This document shows, piece by piece, positions 19,989-32,226 of a DNA stretch of 64,000 bases (positions are counted from its first letter, which is position 1; the number at the start of each line of letters is the position of its first letter). This stretch comes from an uncultured Fibrobacterota bacterium (GTDB taxonomy: Bacteria > Fibrobacterota > Chitinivibrionia > Chitinivibrionales > FEN-1185), in assembly GCA_963753345.1 (NCBI GenBank), contig CAVWBU010000023.1:25987-89986 (forward strand). Direction: 5' to 3'. The notes beneath the pieces were generated by a model. It had not been told where the DNA came from and did not search any database. It saw only the letters and a program-made list of their open reading frames with translations. Both the position numbers and the translations under genes were made by a program.

Positions 19989-20326
19989 CTCATGAGTGGC
20001 GGGTGGCTGGAAAGGGTTGAGAGGTTGAGACGGCCGACGGACAGAGGGTTAGGAGTCAAACTGGATTCGTGATTTCATTCCTCCCTTTCCCACAAATCGG
20101 AATACCTGCACGGTTGTAAGAGCAAGCCTGAAGAGGCAAAAGTCCGGACGCTCGGCAATACCGCCGGAGCCGGCAACGCGGCAATTCCTTGCGCAGCCGT
20201 TAGTTCCGTTTTCGCACTATCTGCCGCAACAAGAAGGCTGTTCCCTTTTCAATCCTTTGCAGAGGACCGGGAATGCTTATTGCTCTCGTACTTGGAATGG
20301 CCTGGTTCAAATAGATGGGGGTTTGC

Positions 20327-23300
20327 ATGTGTCCTAAAGAAACCAAGATCATTGTTTCTTCACTTCTCGTCGTAATCATCGGCCTTCTCTTCTTTTGTGA
20401 AAGAAACAATCCTTACGACCCGAACTCCAAATCGTTTGTTCCCGGGAAAAAGCCCCATGTCGCTTTCGCAAACAAGACCATGTCCGCTTATCTTCTTGAC
20501 ACAATTTCTATCCCGGTTGTCTGGTCCGACACTGCCGTCGGCGGGGTAAAGGGGGCCATCAAGAAATTTTACATCGACTGGCACGGCGACACGCTCTTTA
20601 ACGACAGCGTCGCCGGGACCGCGGCCGACACCCTGGTGCTCAGAAAAGCATTCCCGGTGGAAACCGTAACGGTGCGGATCAGGGCGCTCGATTACGACGG
20701 CAATTACAGCGATGCCGACAGCATGAAGCTGTCCGTGCTTTCGAGCAGGCCAAGAATAGTGATCTCCGGCGGTTCCCGAACCGTCCGTAAAGCGGCCGTA
20801 TGCACGCTGTCGGTTTCGGCAACCGACACGGGCGGCAAGATACAATCCTTTCTCTGGGCAAAAAACGGCGCGGATTTCAACGACACCACCTTTGCTGGAT
20901 CATTTCAGGTTTCGTACAGCGACACTGGCGCGAAGATCGTTCTTGTCAAGGCCCGCGACAACAAGGGCGTCGAGTCCGGCGTTGACACGTTTCATATTAC
21001 TGTGTTCGACAAACGCGGCGCGGTGTTGTATGACGGAAATGGAAATACCGGCGGCATTGTTCCGACCGACACCAATATCTACGTTGCCGGACAACCGGTA
21101 ATTGTGCTCGGCAATACGGGGAATCTCGAAAAATCTGGATATGTTTTCTCAGGGTGGAACACCCTTTCCACGGGCAGCGGCGCAAATTATTCCCCCGGCG
21201 CCACGTTTTCGATGGATACCGTAAGTGCGATCCTGTATGCACAATGGACAGCAAACCCGACGTTTACTGTTGTCTATAATAGTAATGGCAGTACTGGCGG
21301 TACCGTTCCTGCCGACACCGTGCACTATTCACTGGGTCAAAGCGTCACGGTGCTCGCGAATACAGGCTCTCTTGACAAGTCAGGAAATGCCTTTGTCGGC
21401 TGGAACACGGAAGCAAACGGCACCGGCATCGGCTATGCGGCGGGCGTGTCCTTTTTCATGGGATCCGCCAATGTAACGCTGTACGCGCAATGGACCGCCG
21501 ACCCGACCTACACGGTGACGTATGACGGCAACGGCAACTCAGGCGGCACTGCTCCCGTGGACAACAACAACTATCTGTCCGGCGCGGCCGTGAAAGTCCT
21601 CGGCAATGCCAACGGTCTTGTCAAAACGGGAAACACCTTCATCGGATGGAACACCAAGCCCGACGGCAGCGGGACTGCCTATGCATCGGAGGTCTCGTTT
21701 ACCATGGGCTCCGCGAGCGTGACCTTATTCGCGCAATGGACCGCGCTCCCGACGTACACGGTCACCTATAACGGTAACCTCAGCACGGGCGGGACCGCGC
21801 CGACAGACGCCAACAGCTATATGCAGGGCCAGACCGTAACGGCGCGCGGCGCCGGCACGCTGGTCAAAACCGGCTCCACCTTTGCAGGCTGGAACACGAA
21901 GATCGACGGCACAGGGATCGGCTATGCGGCCGGGGCTACGTTTGCCATGGGAACCGCCAACATTACCCTGTATGCGCAGTGGACGGTTATTCCGACATAC
22001 ACCGTCACCTACAACGGCAACAACAATACCTCCGGGACAGTGCCTGCGGACAATAATCATTATACGTTCGGACAGCCGGTGACGGTGCTTGCCAACACCG
22101 GGAATCTCGCGAAAACAGGCGCAACTTTCGTGGGGTGGAACACGCAGGCCAACGGCAGCGGCACCGGCTACGCGGCTGCGGTGTCCTTTGTCATGGGTTC
22201 AGCCAATGTTACCTTGTATGCGCAATGGACCGCAAATCCAACCTACACCGTGACCTATCGGGGGAATACCAACTCGGGCGGCACCGTTCCTGTGGACTGT
22301 AAACAACTATCTGTCCGGCGCGACCGTTACCGTGCTCGGCAATACCGGCGGGCTTGTCAAAGCAGGAAATACCTTTGTCGGATGGAACACGCAGGCCGAC
22401 GGCAGCGGCACGACCTATGCATCACAGGCCACGTTTGTCATGGGCTCAGCCAACATAACATTGTATGCGCGGTGGACCGCGCTCCCGACGTACACCGTCA
22501 CCTATGACGGCAACGTCAACACGGGCGGTACCGCGCCGGTGGACGCCAACAGCTACCTGCAGGGGCAGACCGTGACAACGCGCGGGGCAGGCACGCTGGT
22601 CAAAACAGGTTATACCTTTACAGGCTGGAACACGAAGGCCAACGGAAGCGGGACCGCCTATGCGGCAGGAGTGACGTTTGCCATGGGCGCAGCCAACGAT
22701 ACGCTGCATGCCCAGTGGGCGCTTGTCCCCACCTATGGCGTCGCCTATAACGGCAACACCAATACCACAGGGGCCGCACCCGCGGACAATAACCGTTATA
22801 CGGTCGGACAATCTGTCATCGCGCTCGGCAACACCGGGAACCTTGCAAAACCGGGCTACACATTCGTCGGCTGGAACACGCAGGCCAACGACAGCGGCAT
22901 CGGTTACGCGACCGGAGTGTCCTTTTTCATGGGTTCCTCCAATGTGACCTTATACGCTCAATGGACCCAGCTCCCAACCTACACGGTCACCTACGACGGC
23001 AACGGCAGCACGGGCGGGAGCGTCCCTCTGGATGGCAATAACTATCTGTCGGGCGCGACGGTGACGGTGCCCGACAATCCCGGCGGACTTGTCAAAACAG
23101 GAAACACCTTTATCGGCTGGAACACAAAGACGGACGGCAGCGGTACGACCTATACATCACTTGCCACCTTTACAATGGGTTCCGCCAACATAACGCTGTA
23201 CGCGCGGTGGACCTCCAACCCGACCTACAAAGTGACCTACGATGGCAACGGCAGCTTGGGCGGGACAGCACCGGCCGACGCCAACAGCTACCTGCAGGGC

Positions 23301-26083
23301 CAGACCGTGACAACGCTGAGCGCCGGGTCACTGGCCAGACCAAGATTACTATACTTTACAGGGTGGAACACTCAGGCAAACGGCGAAGGACTTGGCTACG
23401 GGGTCGGCGTCACGTTTGCCATGCCCTCCAATAACGTGACGCTGTTCGCTCAGTGGACCGGCATTCCCACGTATACGGTCACCTATAACGGCAACGGTAA
23501 TAATGCCGGCACAGCACCTACAGACAACAATCGCTATGCAGCCGGACAGCCGGTAATTGCACTCGGCTACGGCAGTCTTGTGGATTCGGGCTACACATTC
23601 GTGGGATGGAACACGAAGTCCAACGGCACCGGTATCGTGTACGCGGCCGGAGTCTCATTTGTCATGGACACCGCCAATGTGACGCTCTACGCGCAATGGA
23701 CCGCGCTCCCGACCTACACCGTCACCTATGACGGCAACGGAGGTACAGGAACTCCCCCTTCAGACGGAAACCACTATCTGTCCGGCGCGATTGTGACCGT
23801 GCTCGGCAACACCGGCGGGCTTGTCAAAACAGGAAATACCTTTGTTGGCTGGAACACGAAGACTGACGGCACCGGCTTGAGCTACACATCACCGGGCACG
23901 TTTACAATGGGTTCCGCCAACGTAACGCTGTATGCACGGTGGACATCCAACCCAACGTACAGAGTGACCTACGAGGGGAACGGCAGTTCGGGCGGGACCA
24001 CGCCGGCGGACTCCAACAGGTATTTGCAGGGCCAGACCGTGGTTGTGCTCGCCAACACCGGCGTGCTTGTGAAAACCGGCTTTACTTTTGCGGGCTGGGA
24101 CACCAATGCCCTCGGCAGCGGGACTGTCTATGCCCCGGGAGCCTCGTTTATCATGGGAACTGCCAATGTGACGTTGCACGCGCAGTGGGCGGCGATTCCG
24201 AAATACACGGTCACCTATAACAGGACCACCGCCAACAGCGGTATCGGGACTGTTCCTGTGGATACAAATCATTACATGTTCGGACAATTGGTGACCGTGC
24301 TCGGCGACACCGGCGGGCTTGTGAAAACAGGTTCTACCTTCGTCGGGTGGAACACACAGGCAGGTGGCGGCGGCATCGGGTACGCGGCGGGAGTGTCATT
24401 TGTCATGGGTTCTGCCAACGATACACTCTACGCGCAATGGAGTGCCCTCCCGACCTACACCGTCACTTATAACGGTAATACGAACACAAGCGGAAACGCG
24501 CCGGTGGACCCCAACAATTATCTGTCCGGTACGAGCGTGACAGTGCTCGGCAGCAACACACTTGTCAAGACCGGATACACGTTCGTTGGCTGGGATACCA
24601 TTGCCAACGGCGGCGGGAATGTCATAGGAACCTCGTTTACCATGAAATCCATCAACGTGACATTGTACGCGCAATGGACCGCAAACCAGACGTATTCCGT
24701 CACTTACTTCGGCAACGACAGCACGGGCGGCACTGTTCCGGTTGACAAGAACAACTATCTATCCGGCGCGACGTGACCGTGCTCGCCAACACAGGCGGTC
24801 TTGTCAGAACAGGAAATACGTTCATTGGCTGGAACACGCAAGCCAGACGGCAGCGGGACATGCCTATGCCCCAGGAGACACGTTTACCATAACGTCCGCC
24901 AAGCTGCCGTATGCGCAGTGGACCGCGCTTCCCACCTGTACGGTCACCTATTCGGAAACGGCAACACGAGCGCGAATGTGCCGTCAGATGCAAGTCACTA
25001 TTTTCGGAACAACTGTGCCGATTCCGGGTAATGCGGAGGCCCTGCACAGAACCGGCGATAAATTGCGGATGGGATGCCATGTGCACGTCGATGGTGGTCG
25101 ACAGTCTTAGGATCCGTCGTTTACTATGGATCAGCCAACGTGACACACAAATCACACAATAGCGGCGACCTTTGCACTCACGTACATGCACCATGATGGC
25201 AACGACTGCAGCAGGCGGCACTATTCCGCGAGGAGGGAACACGATTAATCCGGTTCAACAGATGACAACGTATACCATTACCGCCGCTCCGCATTATCAT
25301 ATTGTGGCCGTTGTTGTAACTGGAACACGCAGAAAGATGGCAAGGGGACACTCCTACTCGTCCCGGAGACATTTTAGAAATGGGTACCAGTAATGTAACG
25401 TTATACGCCATCTGCGTCTTCACCATCACGCAACGGCCTGTTTAACCCGGGTCAATATCCCCGTCCGGAGCAGTGACTCGATACCGGGAGCGGATCAAAC
25501 TTTTCTATGACACCCGGTCCCAATTATCATGTCGATAGTGTTTATGTCAATGGATCACCAGTAACTCCAGCCTTGACGTACACATTCACGGTGTTTCGGG
25601 CAACTCCACCATTTCCGCAACGTTTGTGATCAACACGTACACGATTTCATTTGATCCAAGCGGCGCAACCGGATCGATGGCTGATCAAACCATAACAAGC
25701 GGATCATCGGCAAGTCTTGCGGCGAACGTATTTACCAAAGCAGGATGGACTTTTGCGGGATGGGCAACCACTGCCGGTGGAGCAGTAGCTTATTCCGAAA
25801 TGGCGCAAGCTACACCATGGGCACATCAAATGTGACGCTGTATGCAGTATGGACAGCCACCGTTACCTTTGATGACCAGGGCGCTACCGTACTGGAAAGT
25901 CCAGCAGCGATAAGTGTTACATCGCCGGCAACAACAGTCGGTACGTTACCAACCTCGCCCTCAAAAGACCTCTATAATTTTAATGGTTGGTATACGGAGG
26001 TGAATGGCGGAGGATCGTCATTTACCGCAAGTACCACGGTTACTGGTAGTATTACTGTGTATGCCTATTGGACACTGCAATGA
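20327..26083 (+). CDS. Giant surface lipoprotein with about 20 InlB B-repeat (Listeria-Bacteroides repeat) domains; interrupted by frameshifts
   Basis: Lipoprotein signal LLFFC-ERNNPYDP, PKD-like domains, then repeats YTVTYDGN...P.D...Y..G..V...F.GWNT...G..Y...F.MG..NVTLYAQW. Frameshifts at about 22300 and 24772, and many between 24800 and 25800. Confidence 0.8.
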
Positions 26084-26106
26084 GTTTTAAGGAATAGAAG
26101 TATCTC

Positions 26107-27996
26107 ATGCCCTTTTCATTAAACGATTTTACAACCATCAAGAAGATGAACGACGGCGCCATGGGGACCGTGTACAGCGCGATACACAAGGTCTCGAAAC
26201 GCAGGGTCGTCATCAAGGAGCTCGCCTCGGGGCTGATGGCCGGCGACAGTCTTGTAAAGCGCCTTTCGGATGAAGCCAGAGCGGCCGCCGCCCTGGACCA
26301 CGAAAATATCGCGCGCGTGTTCGATTTCGGCGAAGAGCACGGGGCATTCTACGTTTGCATGGAGTATGTTGACGGATGGGATTTCGAGCACCTCCTGCAG
26401 CAGCCCCAGCCGATGCCTCTTGCGATAGGAGCCATGATTGTTCTTCAGGCATTAAAAGGTCTGTTTCACGCACATAGCAAGGACGTTGTGCACTGCGACG
26501 TCAAGCCGGGCAATATTCTGATTTCCAGAACCGGAAGAGTGAAGGTGGTCGATTTCGGCTTCGCCTTTGCGGGGACGCATTCGCGCGAGCGCATCGATCC
26601 GACGAAAGTTTTCGTAACCCCGGCCTATGTTCCGCCGGAGGTGGTGATGGGGAGCCGGCAGCAGGATGTGTACATGGACATCTGGTCGTGCGGGGTTCTG
26701 GCCTACCAGATCCTGGCCGGCGAGCGCCCGTTTTTTTCCGTGGACCCGGCCTCCCTCATGTTTTCCATCGTGTATGAAAGGGAAAGGGAAGTCCGGCTGC
26801 TGGCGCCGGTGGTTCCGGACACCGTCGCAGGCGCTGTTTTCAACTGCCTTAACAAAGACAAACTGCTGCGTCCGCCGACGCTCGGGCCGCTCATAGAATC
26901 GCTCGAAAATTTTATCACCGAACTCGGGGTTCGGGACGTCCAGAAATGCGTGTGTGATTATCTCGGCGGCTCTTTCACAACGCCGCCCTATCTGGCCGGG
27001 CTTCTGGTTCGGTATCATCTCCGGAAGGCGGAGGTATTGCGCGATGCCGGCGATGCGCTCGGCTCCGAAGCGCATTTCAGCGAGGTTGAACGCTACGGCG
27101 GCAAGGACCTGCTCCCCAAAAAATGGAGAATAACGCGTCAGGCGCCGGCGGGCGCGAAAGCGTTGAAGCAGGAAAACCGGCGTGCCGTGTATTTGTCAAG
27201 ACAATTCTGGGCAGGGGCGATAGTCCTCGGGGTTTCGGGCATCTTGTCGATTGCCGGCATATCGGCGTTCATAGGGATCCAGACGCTCTCAACGCCGCAC
27301 GAGACCGCCGGCCGGGCTCCGTTGGACACCGCAACATCCGCACTCAGCGTTTCAAAAATCCAGGTTCACGAGCAGGTGAAGCCGCAGCAACACGACAGTG
27401 CCCTGCAACCGGCCGCTGCTACAGTCGACCGCCAACCTGCCTCCGCCGATGACACGCTAGAGACCCAGCCAAGTCTGCCGCGCCCCGAGGCAACAAAGAA
27501 AAAGAAGCCCGCTGGCCTTCATGCAACGGAGCGCCCCCCCATCCAGGAGGCAAGCGCCGTGATGATCGGGACATTGCGGCTCAGCATTGATCCCCTGCAG
27601 GCGCACGTGCTGGTCGACGGCATAAAAATCCCCAACGCCACGTTGTCCGAAGGGGCGCGCCTCACCGTGGGGAGCCATTCGCTTGCCGCGTTCTGCGACG
27701 GGTATGCCACCTACAACGGCACGGTGCGAATCGAACGCAACGAAACGCAGGCGCTAACGGTGGCGCTCAGGGCGCTCGAAAAAGGCACCGGTCTGCTCCA
27801 TGTCCATTCGTACCCCTGGGCGGAAGTGTATGTCGACGATGTGGACAAGGGTCCGTGCCCGACCCAGCAGCCCATAGCGCTTTCCGAGGGCGATCATGTG
27901 GTGGTTGTCAAACGGGACGGCTTCAAGCCCCACTCGGAAACGGTCCACATTGCCAGAGGGGAAGAGTCCCGCCTCAAGGTCGAGCTTTCACAATAA
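26107..27996 (+). CDS. Membrane Ser/Thr protein kinase with C-terminal PEGA domains
   Basis: VVIKEL, HCDVKPGNIL, VDFG and DIWSCG; a TM helix; PEGA motifs HSYPWAEVYVDD...LSEGDHVV. Confidence 0.9.
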   Translation: MPFSLNDFTTIKKMNDGAMGTVYSAIHKVSKRRVVIKELASGLMAGDSLVKRLSDEARAAAALDHENIARVFDFGEEHGAFYVCMEYVDGWDFEHLLQQPQPMPLAIGAMIVLQALKGLFHAHSKDVVHCDVKPGNILISRTGRVKVVDFGFAFAGTHSRERIDPTKVFVTPAYVPPEVVMGSRQQDVYMDIWSCGVLAYQILAGERPFFSVDPASLMFSIVYEREREVRLLAPVVPDTVAGAVFNCLNKDKLLRPPTLGPLIESLENFITELGVRDVQKCVCDYLGGSFTTPPYLAGLLVRYHLRKAEVLRDAGDALGSEAHFSEVERYGGKDLLPKKWRITRQAPAGAKALKQENRRAVYLSRQFWAGAIVLGVSGILSIAGISAFIGIQTLSTPHETAGRAPLDTATSALSVSKIQVHEQVKPQQHDSALQPAAATVDRQPASADDTLETQPSLPRPEATKKKKPAGLHATERPPIQEASAVMIGTLRLSIDPLQAHVLVDGIKIPNATLSEGARLTVGSHSLAAFCDGYATYNGTVRIERNETQALTVALRALEKGTGLLHVHSYPWAEVYVDDVDKGPCPTQQPIALSEGDHVVVVKRDGFKPHSETVHIARGEESRLKVELSQ

Positions 27997-28025
27997 CCGG
28001 GGTTGACAAAGGCTATTCGCGGCGC

Positions 28026-28754
28026 CTAGAACGAAAACGCGACACGAGCGCCGTTGGGTTGCAGTACAAGTGAAACCTTGTGCGGCGCGGGTTCCTTTTT
28101 GGCAAGCAATACGATGGAAACGGGGACAAGGACGGCCGCGACTCCAGCGGTGATGCCACCGCCGATATACAGATTGCGGTACTCGTTGTAGTAATAATTG
28201 AAGTTCGCGCCCGGACCGGTAAGCGCATTGTATTTCTGCATGTCCTGGTAACCGAAATAAAAACAATTTGCGCTCACGCCTGCCGAAACAATCCCGCACA
28301 CAAGCAGGGTTACCGGAAGAGCGACGCTTTTCTTCTGGACCTGAACGATGACCGTCGGTTTCTTCTTGATGACGGTGTCCATGGTCGCAAGCGTCTTTTC
28401 CAGTTTGGCCTGTTTGAAGACAATGGCGATGGTCGGCTGCACTTCGAGCGTGTCGATATCCATTCCCGGGAATTTATCAAGCGCTGTTCTAAAGGCCGCC
28501 TTTGCCTGGTCGACCCGGTTGAGCATGGCAAGAGAGAAACCGTAGTACTTGTATCCTTCCCGCTGGTCGGTCCCGGACAGGAGCGGCAGGAGCACGGCAC
28601 AACTGTCGGCCGCCTTTTTATAGTCGCCGTCCTTGAAACTTGCTATGGCCTTTTCAAGACGGCCATGGCTTTCGGCATTCTGAGCGTGCACGCTTTGCAT
28701 GCCTGCCTGAATTGACAGGAAGAAAAACGCCGACACGATTACAATTTCACGCAT
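28026..28754 (-). CDS. Secreted TPR protein with a hydrophobic C-terminal region and terminal beta-strand
   Basis: Signal peptide; YKYYGFSLAMLNRVDQAKAAFRTAL; ends VSLVLQPNGARVAFSF. Confidence 0.75.
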   Translation of the reverse strand: MREIVIVSAFFFLSIQAGMQSVHAQNAESHGRLEKAIASFKDGDYKKAADSCAVLLPLLSGTDQREGYKYYGFSLAMLNRVDQAKAAFRTALDKFPGMDIDTLEVQPTIAIVFKQAKLEKTLATMDTVIKKKPTVIVQVQKKSVALPVTLLVCGIVSAGVSANCFYFGYQDMQKYNALTGPGANFNYYYNEYRNLYIGGGITAGVAAVLVPVSIVLLAKKEPAPHKVSLVLQPNGARVAFSF

Positions 28755-28817
28755 ACCTGTTCTCGATTCTGCTGATGCATCACTTTGGACGGGAAATACC
28801 GAACCGCCGCCCTTCTG

Positions 28818-28846
28818 AAAATAAGGTTTTCCGGGGAAACAGTCAA
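28818..28846 (-). promoter_or_regulatory. sigma70-type promoter with conserved spacer
   Basis: TTGACT-gtttccccggaaaacct-TATTTT (17-nt spacer) upstream of the TPR gene. Confidence 0.6.
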
Positions 28847-28902
28847 CTTTTGACAAATGAATGAGATGGGCGCCCCGCTATTTTTGTTTTAAAACTTAGA
28901 AT

Positions 28903-29343
28903 TTGGGCGTTCCCCTCCCCCTCGACAAAGCTCGGGGTCGCGTCGGTCTCCTTCCGGGCTCGGCTATTCGCCTCGTTGCCGGACCGCCCCGAGTCGCCTT
29001 CGGCGAGGAGTCGGCCGGCAATTCGCTTTAGCTCACCCTCCAGTCCACCTAACGCGCGGCAGAGGGATTCTATTCAGTCAAGAGTTTCTTCTCTCGCCAA
29101 TCGGTATCCCAAGCAAATCAATCAAGACTTCTTCTTTGATTTTTCAACTCTTCAATCTTTCAACCATTCAACGTTTCAACTTTTTCTTTGCCACTGCTCT
29201 CCTTGGGTGCCCCCCAACCGAAGCAGCTTTCTTGCAAGTAAACTTACTTTGGGGCCACCCAGGAGGGGGTAGCAGAGGACGCCGAAGGCGGCCGGAGCGA
29301 GGGGGACGACCCTTGGAAGTACCCGACGGGGTAAACCTCCCCC
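28903..29343 (+). repeat. Composite structured element (A 28903-29105, ttcaac tract, B 29191-29343)
   Basis: ttgggcgttcccc...ccacctaacgcgcggca...cgccaatcggt, then the ttcaac repeats, then module B. Confidence 0.85.
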
Positions 29344-29480
29344 ACTATATTCTGGTCTATTGCATCATCTATTATCATTGACAATAAAAACAGTATATTA
29401 TCGGCAGAGCCCCTTCGGACCCATCACCGTCTCTTGTTCGGCGTCATCATAACCTCCACCTCATTCCCTTGGGGGACCCG

Positions 29481-32112
29481 ATGCACCTGTCACGCTTTCC
29501 CCTGTCAACCATCGTCGCGACGCTCCTAGCCACATTCATTTCCCCGCACCAAGCCGGTGCAACGCATCCGTCAATCTTCTTCTCTGCTCAGCGACGTTGC
29601 AGGCATCCGGACAAAGGCAACCACCACGCACGCCGCCATCATGCAGCCGATAGTCTCCTGTGCAAACTCACTGCTGCCGCTTCCCGTGCCCACGGCGCCA
29701 ACGGGCGCGGCTTCTTCCGATTTGAGCCTGGATTCCCGGGACGTGACAGTGCTCGCTTTCGCCTATGTCGCGACCGGCGACAGCCGCTACCTGGCCCTGG
29801 CGCGGCAGTACCTCGCCGCGTTCGCCGCGTGGCCGGTCTGGGGCGCGGACGCCACGCTCGGAGACCGGGACCTTTCGCTCGGGTACATGTTGCGGGGCTG
29901 CGCCATGGCCTACGACTGGCTGTACGACAGCCTGGCGGCCGCCGACCGCGCCGCAATGCGAAGCGCATTAGTCAAGCACAGTCAGGAGATGTACGAAGCG
30001 GCTTCCGGGCCTTACAATGCCGCATGGGGAAACTGGTGGCCGGAATCCTACGGCCAGAACCACTGGGACAACAACAACACGGCGCTGGGAATCGCGGCCC
30101 TGGTTCTCAGCGGGGAATGCGACAGCAGCACACTATGGCTCACGCATGTGATTGCCGAAATGCGAAAAGACAGCTTCGACCTCGCAAACATCGGCGACGG
30201 CACATGGCACGAAGGATGTCTGTACCAGGACTCAAAGCTCACCGCTACCATGCCGTTCTATTTCAATCTCAAGCGCCTCAGGAACATCGATTTGTATCCG
30301 CACAATTACCTGTCGCAGTTTGCGCTGTTCGCTCTGTACAATTATCTGCCGCTCGACCGGCAGATGGCCCTGGACTTCTCAAGCTACATTGACGACTGGG
30401 GCGGGTGGCTCTCCGCAGCCGGATATTCGCTGCTCGCGCTTGCCGGATCGGAATGCGGGTCCGGCTACGGTCAGTGGCTCTGGAACAAAATGGGAACCGA
30501 CCTCGGCCGCAGCTCGTACCAGGCCGGAAACCATGTGCCGGAGTTCTTCTACTATTCGCCTTCCGCACTGTCAACTGCGCCGACCGGCCTGCCGCTGTAC
30601 AGGACATTCACCGACCTCCAGGGCGTCATCTGGCGCACGGGCTGGGGCGACAGCGACCTTACGTTCGGGCTCAAGACCGGCGCCTACGGCGGAACGTTCC
30701 TTTACAATCAGTACCTGTCGAAAAAATATCCTTTCGACACGGCCGGCGCAAACCTCAACGTGGGCCACAACCATGCCGACGCAAACACGTTCTGGCTGTA
30801 CCGCGGCAACGTCACCCTGATCGGCGAGAACGAGGGCCGCAGCCTGTATAACGACCTCGGCACCGCGTACCAGTCCTCGTCGCACAACACGCTCCTTGTT
30901 GACGGCAGGGGACAGTATTTCCCCACAAACCAGACCGGCGTCTACGCGGACAACGACGGCAGCCTGAAGACCGTCTGCGATGTTGCGGGATACGACTTTG
31001 TTGAGTCCGATGCGTCAAAGAGATGCCGGGCAACAAACACCGACGGTTCCATGGGGCCGCTCATGGTTTCCCTTTTCGTAAGAAATGTCCTGTTTGTAAG
31101 GCCTTCGTATTTCATCATCGTCGACAATGTTGCGGACAGCACCGCCCATGCCTACGAACTGCGGTTCCATTGCGCGGATTCGGCAATCATCGACACCACG
31201 GGTGGATGGGCGCGCGCGTCGAGTTCCGGCGGCAACGTGCTCGGCATAAAAACGCTCTCCCCAGTGCCGTTCGCGTACGACACGGTTGATTCCGCGAAGC
31301 CGGCCGTGCTGATTAGGCCGCCGCAGGCCGTGAAACGCGCGGACTTTGTCCATGTTCTCTACCCTACGCAGGCTTCCACATGGTCGGCCAGGCCGCAATT
31401 CTCTCTTGTCAACCAGACCCTGTCGGCCACCGTTGTCCATGTGAGCGGCAGTGGAACGTTCGACCACATCATCCGCCATGCGGACGCGGCCGACACCGTC
31501 ACCGCCGGGAATTACGTGATCGACGGCAACGCGGCGAGCGTCGGCAGGACGGCCGACGGAAGCGTGAAAGACCTTTTCCTGGCCGCGGGCACCTTCGTGG
31601 CCGACAGCGCCGGCCGCAGGCCTCTTTTGCAAAGCGCCGCAGGCGTGAACGCCGTGCACGCATCCATAACCGACACCGCGGTGACGGTGTGGCTCGACGA
31701 CAAAAGCGCGCTCAACCTCAGGCTCTACGCCCCGCAGGCGACGCCGTCGATGGTGCGCGTGCCGGGACGGAACGCCTCCGCCTCCGCCGCGAACGGGTAC
31801 CTCACCATCACCGAAACCATGCGCGTCGCTCCGGGCAATGCCGTGCGTTCGGGCGGCCCGGCCGCCGCATTCTCTTTTGACAAGAGACACGGAGTGGTTC
31901 GCATCCTGTCTGCACGGCCGGGCAACGTGACGGTGCGCCTGTACCGTCTCGACGGAAAATGCGTGTGGAAAAGCGGCGAAACGGCTGCGGGTCCCGGACA
32001 AAGCATCTCGGTGCCGATCGACCTGCGACGCAGGGGGCATGCCACGTACATCGTGCGCGTTGAGATCAACGGCGCTGTGGCCGGGCAGTCGCTGGTGCAG
32101 CTGGCGGAGTAA
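29481..32112 (+). CDS. DUF4962/heparinase II/III-like polysaccharide lyase or epimerase with a T9SS-like tail; one frameshift near 29590
   Basis: The signal peptide and HPSIFFSA are in one frame and continue as SDVAGIRTKA in the next. Motifs QNHW, WHEG..Y, GHNHADANTF and HNTLLVDG. Confidence 0.82.
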
Positions 32113-32226
32113 CGGCGGGGAACGCGGTTTGTCAATTGAAGAACCCCGTTGACCCATCGCTCCCGCAATACTACACTTTTCGTGGGTACTCGTTTGCCCG
32201 CATACCCTTTTCCGGGGAAAGCCGTT

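Noticed and set aside
21020-24776. DGR template/variable repeat or CRISPR-like DNA repeats
   Set aside because: These are in-frame protein-domain repeats. Differences are not obviously adenine-specific and there is no reverse transcriptase in the window.
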